A program made the position numbers and the translations under genes. A stretch of 64,000 nt of DNA. Origin: Macrostomum hystrix. Its lineage: Eukaryota > Animalia > Platyhelminthes. Under the pieces are notes generated by a model. That model was not told the origin of the DNA. It searched no databases and saw only the letters and a list, made by a program, of their open reading frames with translations. The DNA lies in NCBI GenBank assembly GCA_950097015.1, contig CATNEN010000007.1, positions 744,001 through 808,000 on the forward strand, in the 5' to 3' direction. Positions 28,627 to 41,200 of this stretch are shown in pieces; position 1 is the stretch's first letter, and every line of letters begins with the position of its first letter.

Positions 28627-31600
28627 TCAGTAGGCAGAAAAGGGTGAAACTAGCTGCACTAAGCGCTTGTTGGTGTGCGAGAAGATTGGACTGGCTGAGA
28701 CGCGCAGAAATCTAGACCGGCTGTACTTGTCCTTGGCTCCGTGCAGCGTTGCCGTGCCGTTGCTAAGGCTAATTAGCATACCAGCGTAGGCTGCAACGCA
28801 CGGCTTTAGCTCGGCCTCCGAGCAGCGGCTGTAGTGCTGCAGGGTGGCGTTCCAGGCTGGCAGTTCGCGGAACATCAGGTGCCGGCTCAGCCACACGCAA
28901 GCGGCCGCTTTTCTGAATTGGCGAGCACGTTTGGATAAGAGACAGGTGGATAAGAGACAGGTGGATAAGAGACTGGTGGATAAGAGACTGGTGGATAAGA
29001 GACTGGTGGATAAGAGACTGGTGGATAAGAGACTGGTGGATAAGAGACTGGTGGATAAGAGACTGGTGGATAAGAGACAGGTGGATAAGAGACAGGAAGA
29101 TAAGAGACAGCAAGATAAGAGACAGGTGGATAAGAGACAGGAAGATAAGAGACAGCAAGATAAGAGACAGGTGGATAAGAGACTGGTGGATAAGAGACTG
29201 GTGGATAAGAGACAGCAAGATAAGAGACAGGTGGATAAGAGACTGGTGGATAAGAGACTGGTGGATAAGAGACTGGTGGATAAGAGACTGGTGGATAAGA
29301 GACTGGTGGATAAGAGACTGGTGGATAAGAGACTGGTGGATAAGAGACAGGTGGATAAGAGACAGGTGGATAAGAGACAGGAAGATAAGAGACAGGTGGA
29401 TAAGAGACAGGTGGATAAGAGACAGGAAGATAAGAGACAGGTGGATAAGAGACAGGAAGATAAGAGACAGGTGGATAAGAGACAGGAAGATAAGAGACAG
29501 GTGGATAAGAGACAGGAAGATAAGAGACAGCAAGATAAGAGACAGCAAGATAAGAGACAGCAAGATAAGAGACAGCAAGATAAGAGACAGCAAGATAAGA
29601 GACAGCAAGATAAGAGACAGCAAGATAAGAGACAGCAAGATAAGAGACAGCAAGATAAGAGACAGGAAGATAAGAGACAGCAAGATAAGAGACAGGTGGA
29701 TAAGAGACAGGAAGATAAGAGACAGCAAGATAAGAGACAGGTGGATAAGAGACTGGTGGATAAGAGACTGGTGGATAAGAGACTGGTGGATAAGAGACTG
29801 GAGGATAAGAGACTGGTGGATAAGAGACTGGTGGATAAGAGACTGGTGGATAAGAGACAGGTGGATAAGAGACAGGAAGATAAGAGACAGCAAGATAAGA
29901 GACAGGTGGATAAGAGACTGGTGGATAAGAGACAGGAAGATAAGAGACAGCAAGATAAGAGACAGGTGGATAAGAGACTGGTGGATAAGAGACTGGTGGA
30001 TAAGAGACTGGTGGATAAGAGACTGGTGGATAAGAGACTGGTGGATAAGAGACAGGTGGATAAGAGACAGGAAGATAAGAGACAGCAAGATAAGAGACAG
30101 GTGGATAAGAGACTGGTGGATAAGAGACTGGTGGATAAGAGACTGGTGGATAAGAGACAGGTGGATAAGAGACTGGTGGATAAGAGACTGGTGGATAAGA
30201 GACAGGAAGATAACAGACAGGTGGATAAGAGATAGGTAGACAAGAGACAGGTAGACAAGAGACAGGTAGGCAAGAGACTTGCGAACTAGCAATATGATGA
30301 ACTGGCGAGTCTTTCAGGCAAGTCTAAAAGTACTTTTAGACTGAATTGGAGACCTTGATGAAGGCTGGTGCGCCAAGTCCAGGTCCAGGAGCCCCAGGTC
30401 GGCGATGTAGGCGCAGCAGACTCTGTGCAGGCTGAGCTTGCCCTCTCCATGCGGCTGCTCGCGCAGGTCGCACGCGGAGGCTTCGAGGATGCGCGCCAGA
30501 AACGGCGTCACAGTTGGCGCGTGCAGGCGGAACTCCAGAGCCTCCAGCACCGACAGTTCCATGCGAAGGAACTCCCGATTGGTGTAGGCGTTGTCTGTGA
30601 GGTAGACCAGCTTTGACACCTTCGGAGGGAAGCGCTCCACCACCTTGCAGGCGATGAAGAAGCAGACGGAGGCTACCAGCTGGTAGAGCCGCTCGGAGAA
30701 GGCCAGCCGGAGGCAGGCTCGGTCGGCCAGGGCCACACCCAGGTGAAGGGAGTCGGTGCTGCAGCGTTCGTGAACCTGCACCTGCCGATGGATTGGACGT
30801 GTATAGTGGAGGCAGTTTAAAGCACAATCATCAACCTACAACGCACCCGAGCAGCCAATCACAGACAATCTTCGTCTGCACGTGCAGCCAGCAGTTAGTC
30901 AGCCAATCACAGACAATCTTCGTCAGCACGCACAGCCAGCAGTTAGTCAGCCAATCACAGACAATCTTCGTCAACACGCACAGCTAACAGTCAGCCAATC
31001 GCAAGTCGTCAAGTTAATAGTTATTTGCAAACTTCAGCAAGGCATCTATATAATAATAGAGTGACCACAACCTAACCAATCCACTTTACCTGTAGAAGCC
31101 AGTCGTTAATAACGCCGCGAAATTCGCACTTCCCCGAGCCAATCAGAACGGAGAAGCCGAGTGGCAAACGGTAGGCAACCTCGCTCTCAAACAGGTGGTC
31201 CATCACGTCTGGCCAGTAGGGCTGAGACACGTTGCAGCTGTAGGGTTGTATTGTGTTTTTTAAATCACTTAATTAAAGAGAATGACCAAGCTTGACCAAT
31301 GACTAGAATGATGACTGGCGCCTAACCCAGTTGGGCCAGAGTTATATTTATAATTTTGAACAGAAGCAATGATGCGTTAATTAGCTATGTTTTGTTCTGC
31401 CTAAGACTCGAATTTCCAGATATCTAAGTTTGAAAAAATTGAAGCTGAAGTCACTTGGCTACAATTCCGACAGAGAGTATACTTCAGTCGACCGTATGGA
31501 TGTAGTAAAAACAATTTACAAAGTCACATCCGCCTCACCGCTTGGCGTCAATGTCCTTGGCCTCCGCTGCGACTGCCGCCGCTGCCGCCGCCGCCGCGGC

Positions 31601-31813
31601 TCTCAACGCCAACTGCAGACTGGACCGGCTACTGCTGGCTGCGCTGCATTTCGATTTGGCCTTGGTGACGCGGCTGCCGTTGCTGCTGGCGATGGAAGCT
31701 CGCGATGCAGCTCCGGCGGCGCCGCCGCACGCCGCTCCGCTATTCTCTTTATCGATGAGTACCATCTTGTTGGCTCGATTGTGGTGATGCGGGTGATGAC
31801 TCCGAGTTGTCAT
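28627..31813 (-). CDS. Divergent cyclin (A/B-type cyclin box), ~376 aa, 4 exons
   Basis: Exons 31813-31539, 31237-31090, 30775-30354 and 28912-28627 are phase-consistent. Cyclin box: FRGVINDWLLQV...YQLVASVCFFIACKVVERFPPKVSKLVYLTDNAYTNREFLRMELSVLEALEFRLHAPTVTPFL. Second fold: WNATLQHYSRCSEAELKPC...KDKYSRSRFLRVS. N-terminal KEN motif. Confidence 0.88.
28930..30275. repeat. Intronic minisatellite, 12-bp unit GATAAGAGA+C(A/T)G(GTG/GAA/CAA) variants (~110 copies)
   Basis: Direct tandem periodicity filling cyclin intron 3. Confidence 0.97.
30850..31000. repeat. 48-bp tandem repeat x3 containing AGCCAATCA
   Basis: AGCCAATCACAGACAATCTTCGTC recurs near 30853, 30901 and 30949 in cyclin intron 2. Confidence 0.85.
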
Positions 31814-32479
31814 TGTCTGATGCTCTGTGGACTAGTGCCAGTCTGGGTAGCTCTGATTGTCCTCAGTCGAGTGTGCCGGGGCGGGTTTGGTGAAGCTCCA
31901 CTCTCTCACAAAATATTAACTTAACGAAATTCAACAATTGAAATTGCCGATTTACACTGGCTCAAATATACGGAGTAGAGGGTCCGTGAAAAAATTACGA
32001 TGTACATTTACCTGCCACAAGTGGGACCCCTGCAGTGGGAAGCCATTGATGACCTTGTCTAGACGGCTAATAAGCCTCTGGTTGTGAGTGAAGAGATTTC
32101 CAGTCCAATGTACAGCCTTGACCCAGATCGCCTGTGGACTTCAAAAGAACTAGATTTTTATGACTGCCATGTACACTGGTGTCCATGATACAAGACGCAA
32201 GCTCGCAATGCCGCAAACCCCCTGCCAGCCGACCAATCAGCGACGACACTTGCATTATTGCATGGCGATGCTATAACTCCTTACTATAAAGTACGTCGTT
32301 CTGTATATGTTCGCGTCGTCTTAATATGAATAGAATTGTTTAACAAACGCGAACTGTTATTTGCAAACCAAGCCATGAGATTTCTCGGGCAAAGAAGAGA
32401 ATTCTTTCCCAGAAATCTTTACAGAATCAGATGTGTCAAATAATGGACTGCAAGGTAATCACACTTTCTTTCAGGAATC

Positions 32480-32890
32480 AAGACTCCATATCATTGCTCC
32501 TTCAAGAATCTCGCCTCTACATCACTGCACCTTCAGGTGTCTATCTACTGCTCCTTCAGCAATCTGGCCTCTATATCACTGCACCTTCAGGTGTCTATCT
32601 ACTGATCCTTCAGCAATCTGGCCTCTATATCACTGCACCTTCAGGTGTCTATCTACTGATCCTTCAGGTGTCTATCTACTGTTCCTTCAGATGTCTATCT
32701 ACGATTCCTCCAGGTGTCTATCTACTGTTCCTCGAGGTGTCTATTTACTGTTCCTCCAGGTGTCTATCTACGGTTCCTTCAGGTGTCTATCTACGGTTCC
32801 TTCAGGTGTCTATCTACTGTTCCTCCAGGTGTCTATCTACTGTTCCTCCAGGTATCTATCTACTGTTCCTCCAGGTATCTATTTACGGTT
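32480..32890. repeat. Compound minisatellite, ~23-bp core GGTGTCTATCTACTGTTCCTCCA
   Basis: Direct tandem periodicity. Confidence 0.9.
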
Positions 32891-32939
32891 CTGCACTCAT
32901 ATTTCCATAGCCTCTTTATTCGCAGATCAATACAAGGTC

Positions 32940-33138
32940 ACACCTGCCCCACCTGCCCAGATGTATAGCCAATGGCACCCCAGCTGATGCTGGTACCCAT
33001 TTAAAAGCTAAGTGAACTGAAGCAATGCAAAGTTATGAATCTTGGTAAAGGTCACAAATTGTATCAATGGAGTTGGGAATCGAACCCCTGGCCTTTAAGT
33101 CGTAAGTCCTACGCCCTAACCCCTAGGCAACAAATCAG
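32940..33138 (-). mobile_element. tRNA-derived SINE with CORE-like domain (most complete copy)
   Basis: The minus strand has A-box-like TGCCTAGGGGTTAGG, B-box GGTTCGATTCC, then TGTGACCTTTACCAAG...CATTGCTTCAGTTCACTTAGC...AAATGGGTACCAGC. The anticodon arm does not pair, so this is not a functional tRNA. Confidence 0.65.
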
Positions 33139-33675
33139 GCAAACAGCTAAATTAGTTAAGTTAGTGATTTGTCACTAAAAAGTCAACGCTAAAGTCAAAG
33201 ACTGAAAAAACTTGCACTAATATCTGTGATTAAGTTGTACATAGAAGTCATTTACAAAAAGTTTGCAGATAATATTAAAGCAGACACTGCAAGACAGTTT
33301 TATTCCGGAATTTTATTTACTAGCATGATTGATATTAACACAACACAGAGTTATAGAGTAATGCTGCAAACAAACCTACGGTAGTTTAGCAGCGAATATC
33401 TACAAAAAGATTCTTATCAATTAGTGGAGTAATATATGCTGAGAGCGCTACTACAAGTAGTATCCTTTAGTACGAGGGGTCAGTTAATGCAGAGAAATGA
33501 ACATGTTTTTTGTCTAAGTAAACAGATGCAAATTTAGACTAAGCCGTTAATGGTTCAAAGCAATTTAATGCATAGAAATAATTCGAAAATAAGTGCTAGG
33601 CATCACGATTCATAGCAAAAAACAATAAAATATACTACTAGCAGCAGCAGTGAAGCGCATTCGACTTTATCTGCT

Positions 33676-35078
33676 TCAACCAGACAGCCGCTCAAAGAAC
33701 AAGTCCAGCACCCGGTTGGAGTGCCAATAGCGATCCCTGATCTGTTCCAGGGTGAGCTGATCTGGGAGTCTCTGATGGCCGCCGCTAGAGCCCTTGCCGG
33801 AGCTGCAGTAGATTGCGTAGTCCGGCTGGACATTGCCATTGGTGGACGAAGAGGCGGATGTGGTGGCGGCTGCGGCTGCAGCGGCTTCGGCTGCTGCGGC
33901 GGCCTCGGCCGCTGAGGCATCGTCGGCGCCAGCGGCGGCTGCAGCGGCGTTGGCGGCGGCGGCAGCGGCAGCGGCTGCGGCAGCCACCGAACTAGTAGCC
34001 TCTGGCCTATCCAGGGAGTGCCTGAGGCGCAGGTAGCTGATGAGGTGGGCCACGGTGGCGGTGCAAATAGTTTTCAAATATTTCGTTTCAACGCCGCGCC
34101 CCGAAGACCAGCTCGGCAGCGGCTTCAATAGCAGCTCAATGTCCGTATCCACCGAGGACACCGCTGCCGGGGCCAGGCCGCTGGACGAGGCGCCGGCGCG
34201 AGCAGACGAGGAGGCGCCGCCGCGGCGATTGTTGGCCGCTGTAGTCGCAGCCAGCGAGCCGGTATCCAAGCAGCTGCTATCAGCGTCGTCCAGAGCCGAG
34301 CTGCGGGATCGCTTGTGATTGCTCAGCTGGTGGCGCGTGATCGCATTATTGTCCTCCGAGTCAGCTGAACTAGCCGCGCCGTCCTCTTCGTCGTCGTCTT
34401 CGTCGTTGTGACCATCGGCGTCGTCATTCCTGGCCTGGCTAGCCGACTGTCGCTGGCGCTTCTTGGCTCCTTGACCGGACGGTCGGCCAGCCGCAGCAGC
34501 AGCAGCCGCCGTAGACTCGAAGGTGACGGTGCTAGCGTACTTAGACAATTTGTCCAGCACGCGCCTCTCGTGCGCCTCGAATTCCTCCCGGCTGGGATAA
34601 ATTTTGGCAATCAACTGGTCAAAGTTGGGATCGTGTCGCAGGGAACGCTTGGAGACTAGCTTCTTGCGACAGGTTGGACACTCCTTGTTGCCGCTGCGCA
34701 GTGCGGTGATGATGCAATCCTGAGTAGTGATGAATGTTCGGTTTAAAAATTAACTTTTACTAATATAAATTTTCCCTTTGGCTAAGATTCGAACATCTGA
34801 CTTCCTTTAAAAATCCGAAACCCTAAGACTGGGCTAAAATCTTACTATTGACCAGTGGCTTGAGAGATTATGTAGCAAGTTACCTGACAGAATCGATGAA
34901 GACACTCTTTAGTAGTCATGGTATTCTTGAGTATGTCTAAACAGATTGGACACATTAGTTCGCTGTGCAGAGCTCTTGGTGACACCGCAATCTCTGTACC
35001 ATCTGTGATTGCCTCCTGTGGCCTGCGCTTCAATTCATACATTGACAGCTCCCATGTTCTCAGCGGCGCACTCTCCAT
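33676..35078 (-). CDS. RNF2: Polycomb PRC1 E3 ligase RING1/RNF2 (Sce), ~412 aa, 2 coding exons
   Basis: Exons 35078-34884 and 34719-33676. [57 protein letters not shown]|[34 protein letters not shown], plus a C-terminal RAWUL-like domain split by poly-Ala. Confidence 0.95.
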
Positions 35079-36194
35079 GCCTTCTGCTGTAAATTTGATT
35101 GATTTGGAAAAGTAAAAATGTAACAATATTTATGCTTGATAGCTACGGAATGTGCCAATCGAGTCAGTGAGTCTTGTAAATTTTTTTTATGTTAAATTAC
35201 AAGGTGAAGTAACATTTGTCTAAATCAATTAATTTATTTTACTTTATGTATACAAGACAAGTTTATCATTCTAGTAGGCCTATGATAGTTATATATTGAC
35301 AACAGACATAAAAGTTACTTAAGTATAAAATTAAATAAGCCCTCAATACTTTATTTGCTTGCTTGTCTTTAACCCAGAGCATATTATGGCATGAATAAAT
35401 TATATTTCTACTACATCTCACAATGTTTAAAAAGTCGACTTCCCACAATGCTCAACAAGATTATTATCTTTTTATCTGACTACCTTAACAAATTACAACT
35501 ATATATTCACAACCAAACAAACCTATACCAAGCCTTAATTCCATTGATTAGACATAGTTTAACAAGGATTTGGTCCCAGTTATAAAACACTCTTTGAAAG
35601 GATAGACTTAATAATTCATAGACTCAGACAGAATATTTTATGCACAAGAACTTTAATAGCCAATATCTAACATTTGGAAAGCAATTATTTAGATACTATT
35701 TTTATAGAGAAATAATAGTGATTGGAAACCACAAACAAAAAGTTATAAAATTTTATTTCCTAAACTTTTATTTAGGAAATGATGTTTAGGCCATGGCTTG
35801 CTTGAATGCTTAATATATCAAATTAATAAGGACTGCACCTTTGGTTGACAGTCATTGGCATGTACCCATACAATTGAAAATGATTGTCTTTCAAACTAAG
35901 GGGTGCCACTTCAAATTTTAAGCCTACAGTTCTTTTATATTATTAATGCCAACCAACTTTTGATATGATAACCAAAGTCATGAAATGCAGTACTTTTTAA
36001 TCAATTAGGACAGATCCTTCCACAAGTTTTTTTCAATGCTTATTTTGGACCAAGATAAAACTAATACTTTGCTTCATAAATTTCTATCTCAATTCTTTAG
36101 AAATATATAGTGATATTCACTTGACTCAGTCTCAGTGATTATAATCCAAAAGAATGCATATCTTTGATATTCATAAATAAAAATAGAAATGCAC

Positions 36195-36270
36195 CTATTA
36201 TAGGGCGGCGATTGTGCAGTTTCCCGCCCTAAATTGCTTTACACTTGACTGTAGGAGCCGCGAGCAGAAT
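36195..36270 (-). promoter_or_regulatory. CpG patch with E2F-type site TTTCCCGC (36220-36227), possible RING1 promoter
   Basis: The motif is seen ~1.1 kb upstream of the RING1 ATG, which itself follows a splice acceptor. The link to RING1 is inferred. Confidence 0.3.
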
Positions 36271-37263
36271 TAATTTAGCTTATTGCGTAAGCATGTATAA
36301 TTAAAAGAATAGCGCTGAGCAGTTTTTTATTGTATATAAAAAGTTTTTATAACTACATGACGTTATAAATATAAAGAATAGAAAATAAAAAATTGTTGTT
36401 TAGGTTTTCTAAGAAATGTAGTTCCTAACAAATTGTGGCTGTGCTTTAGTGTATTTTATACCGCATTTGACCTTTTGTTCATTTATTTATATACAATATT
36501 TTTTCAATTTACATAATTTTTAACTGCATAATTAGAATCAAAGCTATTTATTTTTCTGTCTTCCTCCGAACTCCGAACGTTCTACGTATAGAACGTCTAA
36601 TCTATCGTCTTCTACTAAAATGTTGTAATTATTAAACATTAAGCAGGGATCCAGTTGCTGTAAACTCGTCTCTTTTCAAGGCTTTTACGTCTATAGTCTA
36701 TACTGTAGCTATTGGGTAGACCTATGGATTTATAATTTAGCTACATTTACCAAGACGAAAAAAGTGTATGATAGTATGATACTTTGTCTGTTTACTTCAC
36801 TGTAATCTATTAGGCCTAGTTTTATTAAAATCGTGTCACAGCGCGTTTCACTAAAATAATGTATGGTATACCGTATATAGCAAAAACTGCTATGCATTTT
36901 TGGCCTAGTTTTAATTTTAAGCCCAAGCTGCCCAAGATGAATATTTATTTGCAAAACTGGTGACTTAACAGTAGAACTACCAGGGGGGGAATTCCCCCTG
37001 ACATTTTTTTGCTGCACCTGAACAGAACAATGCAAACACACAAAACTCAAGAAAACGGGCCAACTTTTTGTTGCGCATCTTCTGAAACAAGAAACAAGTT
37101 GCCAGCTCTTCAGACTGTCAAGATATTCCATGTTTCTGGCCAAAGGTCCGATTTTTCCATTAGAGCTAGGCCTAGTATATTTCATATACCCCTAGGCCTA
37201 TACGCGAATTTTGCACGCCACTGTGCCTCAGTGTAGACTTGCGAGGCCTTCAAAATTTATCAG

Positions 37264-37556
37264 CATGTTCATACATGCACAACACCCGGCCGACCCGGCC
37301 GAACCGGCCGGGTGAAACGAGGGCCAAGCAAGGTAAGTCGCAAAAACCAATTGACCAAGCGCCAAAAAATCAAAGGGGGGACCAAGGGACAAAAAAGGAA
37401 GGCGTGAAGAAAAGGAAAAAGGGGAGAGAAAAAGAGAGCAAATGAGAGCAAACTAAGTCGTAAATAGAGCAATGAAACGAACTAAGTCGCAAATGAGAGC
37501 AAAAACTAAGTCGCAAGGCCGGCTAAGATTTGGGAGGTTGCGCATGTATGAGCATG
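37264..37556. mobile_element. MITE-like element with 20-bp imperfect TIRs
   Basis: CATGTTCATACATGCACAAC (37264-37283) vs GTTGCGCATGTATGAGCATG (37537-37556), 18/20 inverted match. No TSD recognised. Confidence 0.55.
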
Positions 37557-37670
37557 TTTGGAGTTTGGATCCACAATAAATGACCCTGCTGCTAGGTGGG
37601 CTCCTGGCATGGCATTAAAAGACTTTAAGTGTGTGTTAGTTAATAGTAGAAAATTAGTTAAGCATACTAG

Positions 37671-38045
37671 TGTAACAGGGCTTGTCTCTCTACTTTTCTC
37701 TCTAATGGTAGCGTATCACTCGGCACGAGCGGTTTAACCTTCTAAGGCACTGGCTCCAGTCTTTGCTGGGCGTCTTCTGTGGATCAGAGGGTCACAGCCT
37801 CAAATAACCAACTCAACACTTTTCTTCTTCAGTAATAGCTTATTTGCTTTTCGCCACACTGGCACGTTGATTTGTCTCAACTGAATTACACTCGTTTATA
37901 TACACATAAGAAAATGTTTGTTAAAGTAAACGAATTTGACAAAATATTTAAAATATATTACATATAAAAAATATTTTGCGCATTCAAACAAAAAGCATAG
38001 GCACGAATTTGACTTTAAAGAAATAATAAAAGCATCCCTACTACA
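37671..38045 (-). repeat. 3' LTR (375 bp)
   Basis: By eye it matches 43459-43842 except for a 9-bp deletion. The polypurine tract AGGGAAGGCAAGT (38058-38046) precedes it. Confidence 0.95.
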
Positions 38046-38246
38046 ACTTGCCTTCCCTAAAATAAAAATTGAATAAAGCATGAGTGATATTTTTAGTAAT
38101 AATGTTATTTAAGCCGCATGAGTCAATTTTACTTTATGTAGCATCAGGTCACCGTCCTCAGTCCCGTCGCCTCTGCTTCTTCGCCGCTGCTGCTGCCACC
38201 GCTGCTGCTGCCGCCGCTGTCACTGCCGCCGCTGCTGCTGCTGCCA

Positions 38247-41200
38247 TCACTGGTAGTGGGAGTACCGCTTCCTTGGCACAAAGCCATACTTGTTAGGCTT
38301 ACGCGGTGCCTCCCGGTGATTCGTGACAGGTGTCGGACCTACTGGCTCATTGATGACTGGGCATTTTCTTGGCCGCAGGTTGTACCGCACCTCTCGCCAC
38401 TGAAGTGGTGCCGCCGCTTCGCTGGCTGCATCCGCTCGGTCCTCAGCTTCCTCCTCACGGGCTGGTTCCTCTACAGCATTATGGCCTGATGGCTCCGCTT
38501 CAGGTTCTTCTTCACTATCTTCTTCCGACTCTTCTAACTCTTCTTCCGTTTCCGTTTCAGAGTCTTCCATAAGTTCTTCTGCCGAACTTCCAGATTCCGT
38601 GTCTGGGCCTCCATCAGTTTCCTCAACCTCACTTCCACTTATGTCTGTCCCTTTGCGGGCTCTCCATTGGATTATTTCCTCCTCTGAGTCAGAGCTTTCT
38701 TCTTGCTCGATTTCCTGGATTGGCCTTTTTACCATCCTAGGTTGCGCTTCCCTTCTCTTTTTGGTCTTCTGAGCAGTCTCCTGCCTTCCCTTATCTGTTT
38801 GTTCTCTCTTCTCTACGTCAGAACTTATGGTCATATCCGTAGCTTTGACCGAGTTCGGTACAGGAGTCAGATTATTCCGGTGTACCAGCAGCATGGCACC
38901 GATTAGTTTTCCATCCTCCTCTTTTTGAACTCGGAAAACTGTATCCGAAAGCTTAGCTAACACTCTGTAAGAGGCTCTCTTCTTTCGGTGAAATTTATGA
39001 CTCTCGTCACCATGCAACTGTGGATTGTTTATCAATACGAGACCGCCGATTGGCACGGCCTTGGTGATCACTGTCTCAGCAGCCTGCTCCCGACGGTCTC
39101 GCACCTTTTCTAATTTCTTCTGAACCACCTTCTGCATCTCCTCAATTCTTTTAGCATGATCAGCTACATAGCTAGGATAGTCGTAGTACAATCTGGGCCT
39201 TTTGACAACACTGTCTATTGGCAACTCCGCCTCACGTCCGAACAATAGATAATGTGGAGTGAATCCCGTTGTCTGATTTACACTCGTTCGAACAGCCACT
39301 AAAGCTGCTGGGATCAACAGGTCCCAGTCGGAGTGGTCTTTCTCAACTAGACAGGTGATGATGGACTTTATCTGACGGTTAAATCTTTCTACAAGGCCGT
39401 TGCTTTGCGCATGATATGGCGTCGTGCAGGTATGCTTGATACCATACAATGTACAAAACGCCTGGAACTGACGGCTCACAAAAGTTTTCCCGTTGTCAGT
39501 GTGGATCCAACGACACTGACCATACTCACTAAAAATTCTTTCTTGTAGGAGTTTAATAACTGTGTCCGACTTTTGATTCCTGATTGGAAATGCAAACGGG
39601 AACTTAGTAGTGCTGTCGATGACTGTTAGCACGTACTTGTGTCCTCGTCGGCTTTCTTTAGAAATCGGCCCAATCAGATCAATGTGTAGGCGATGGAATG
39701 CCTCGCACACAGGAAATGTTTGCACCGGTGCCTTCACCTTATTACCTGCTTTACTCTCGAGGCATGGGATGCACTTGGCCACATAATTCTCTACAGTAGT
39801 AACTAGGCCAGGTTTCCAGAATCGCTCTCGTACCTTTTGTACGGTTTTATCTCGTCCAAGATGTCCTGCTAAAGGACTGTCATGCAATTCTCGGAGGACC
39901 TCTTTTTCTATTCCACTCGGAAGTACTACTTTCCGGGTACCGTCAGTCACGATGGTTAACATTCCATCCTCAATCTTCATCTGCTCGTATGATTTGATCA
40001 TCTTTTTCAGCTCGTGGCTAGCCCCTGTGGGTAACTCTGGCCTCAGTATTCCTTGTTCCTTCCACTCAATCAGGATTTTAACGTCCTGATCCTCTCTCTG
40101 TGCAATAACCAGCTGTTCCTTCGTCAGTGGTACTGACAGGAAATCTGTTAATAATTTTCGGCATGCCGTTGTCTCTTCCAATTCCTCATCTTCGAAATAG
40201 TCTCTTGCGTCCACGAAAATTTCATTCGCATCATCATCATCTGTATCGATGCCACTGTCTGTCTGACAGCTCTGACTCATCATGGCTCGTCCAGTGATTT
40301 GACTTTGGTTAATCTTTGCTTCAGAAGCCTCTTTAATTTCCGATGGTCTTCTAGACAAGCTGTCTGCATTGCTATGCTTAGCTCCGCTTCTATGCTGGAT
40401 CTCGTACTGAAACTCACTCAACCGTTCGATCCACCTTCCTAAAATACCCTGGGCTTCTGTTTGACGTAGTAGCCACAGGATCGCTTTGTGGTCGGTACGT
40501 GCCAAGAACTTCTTCCCGATCAAATAGAATCGGAAGTGTTTCATACCATCTACCAAGGCGAGCAATTCCTTTCGTGTTATCGGATATCGTTTTTCAGATT
40601 CCGTCATTGCCCTGCTGAAATAGGCGATTGGTCTTTCTACTCCATCTGCCTGGATTTGTCCAAGACAGGCTCCTATCCTTCCTTCGGATGCATCAGTGTC
40701 TAACACCATTTTGACATTTTCATATTCTGAGAATTCGGGATAAGCCAACACATCGGTGGACATCATTTTCTGTTTTAGAAGTGCAAACGCCTCGTCATGT
40801 TTCGAGTTCCATTTCTCCTTAAAGTTCGTTATACCCTTTTTGGTTAACTGAAACAGCGGATGCGCTGCTTCGGCATAGTCCTTAACGAATCTACAATAGT
40901 AGTTGCATAGGCCCAAGAAACTTCTTAATTCCTTGACGTCTTGCGGAGTAGGCCATGATCGGATGGCTTCGATTTTGGCCGGATCTGTTCGAATTCCATT
41001 TCGGCCTACTATGTGGCCTAGATATTTCAGTTCTTCTTGAAACAGATTACATTTTCTTGGTCTCAATTTCAGTCCAGCTTCGGATAATCTCCGGAACACT
41101 TCTCGTAGGTGACACAGATGTTCATCGAATTCCTTCGAGTAAGTAACGATATCGTCGATGTACGACATCGCGAACTTGTGTTGAATGCCGATCAACACAA

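Noticed and set aside
28930-30275. ACTGGTGG variants as Chi recombination sites
   Set aside because: One mismatch from E. coli Chi, and RecBCD biology does not apply to an animal genome.
33075-33138. Functional tRNA gene
   Set aside because: A and B boxes are present but the anticodon and acceptor stems do not pair, and it continues into a repeat body, so it is a SINE head. Similar degenerate bits at ~31310 and ~34790 were also not called.
38084-38296. Extra ORF or env in the Gypsy 3' region
   Set aside because: Only a short GCN/AGC trinucleotide tract; no signal peptide or transmembrane segment.
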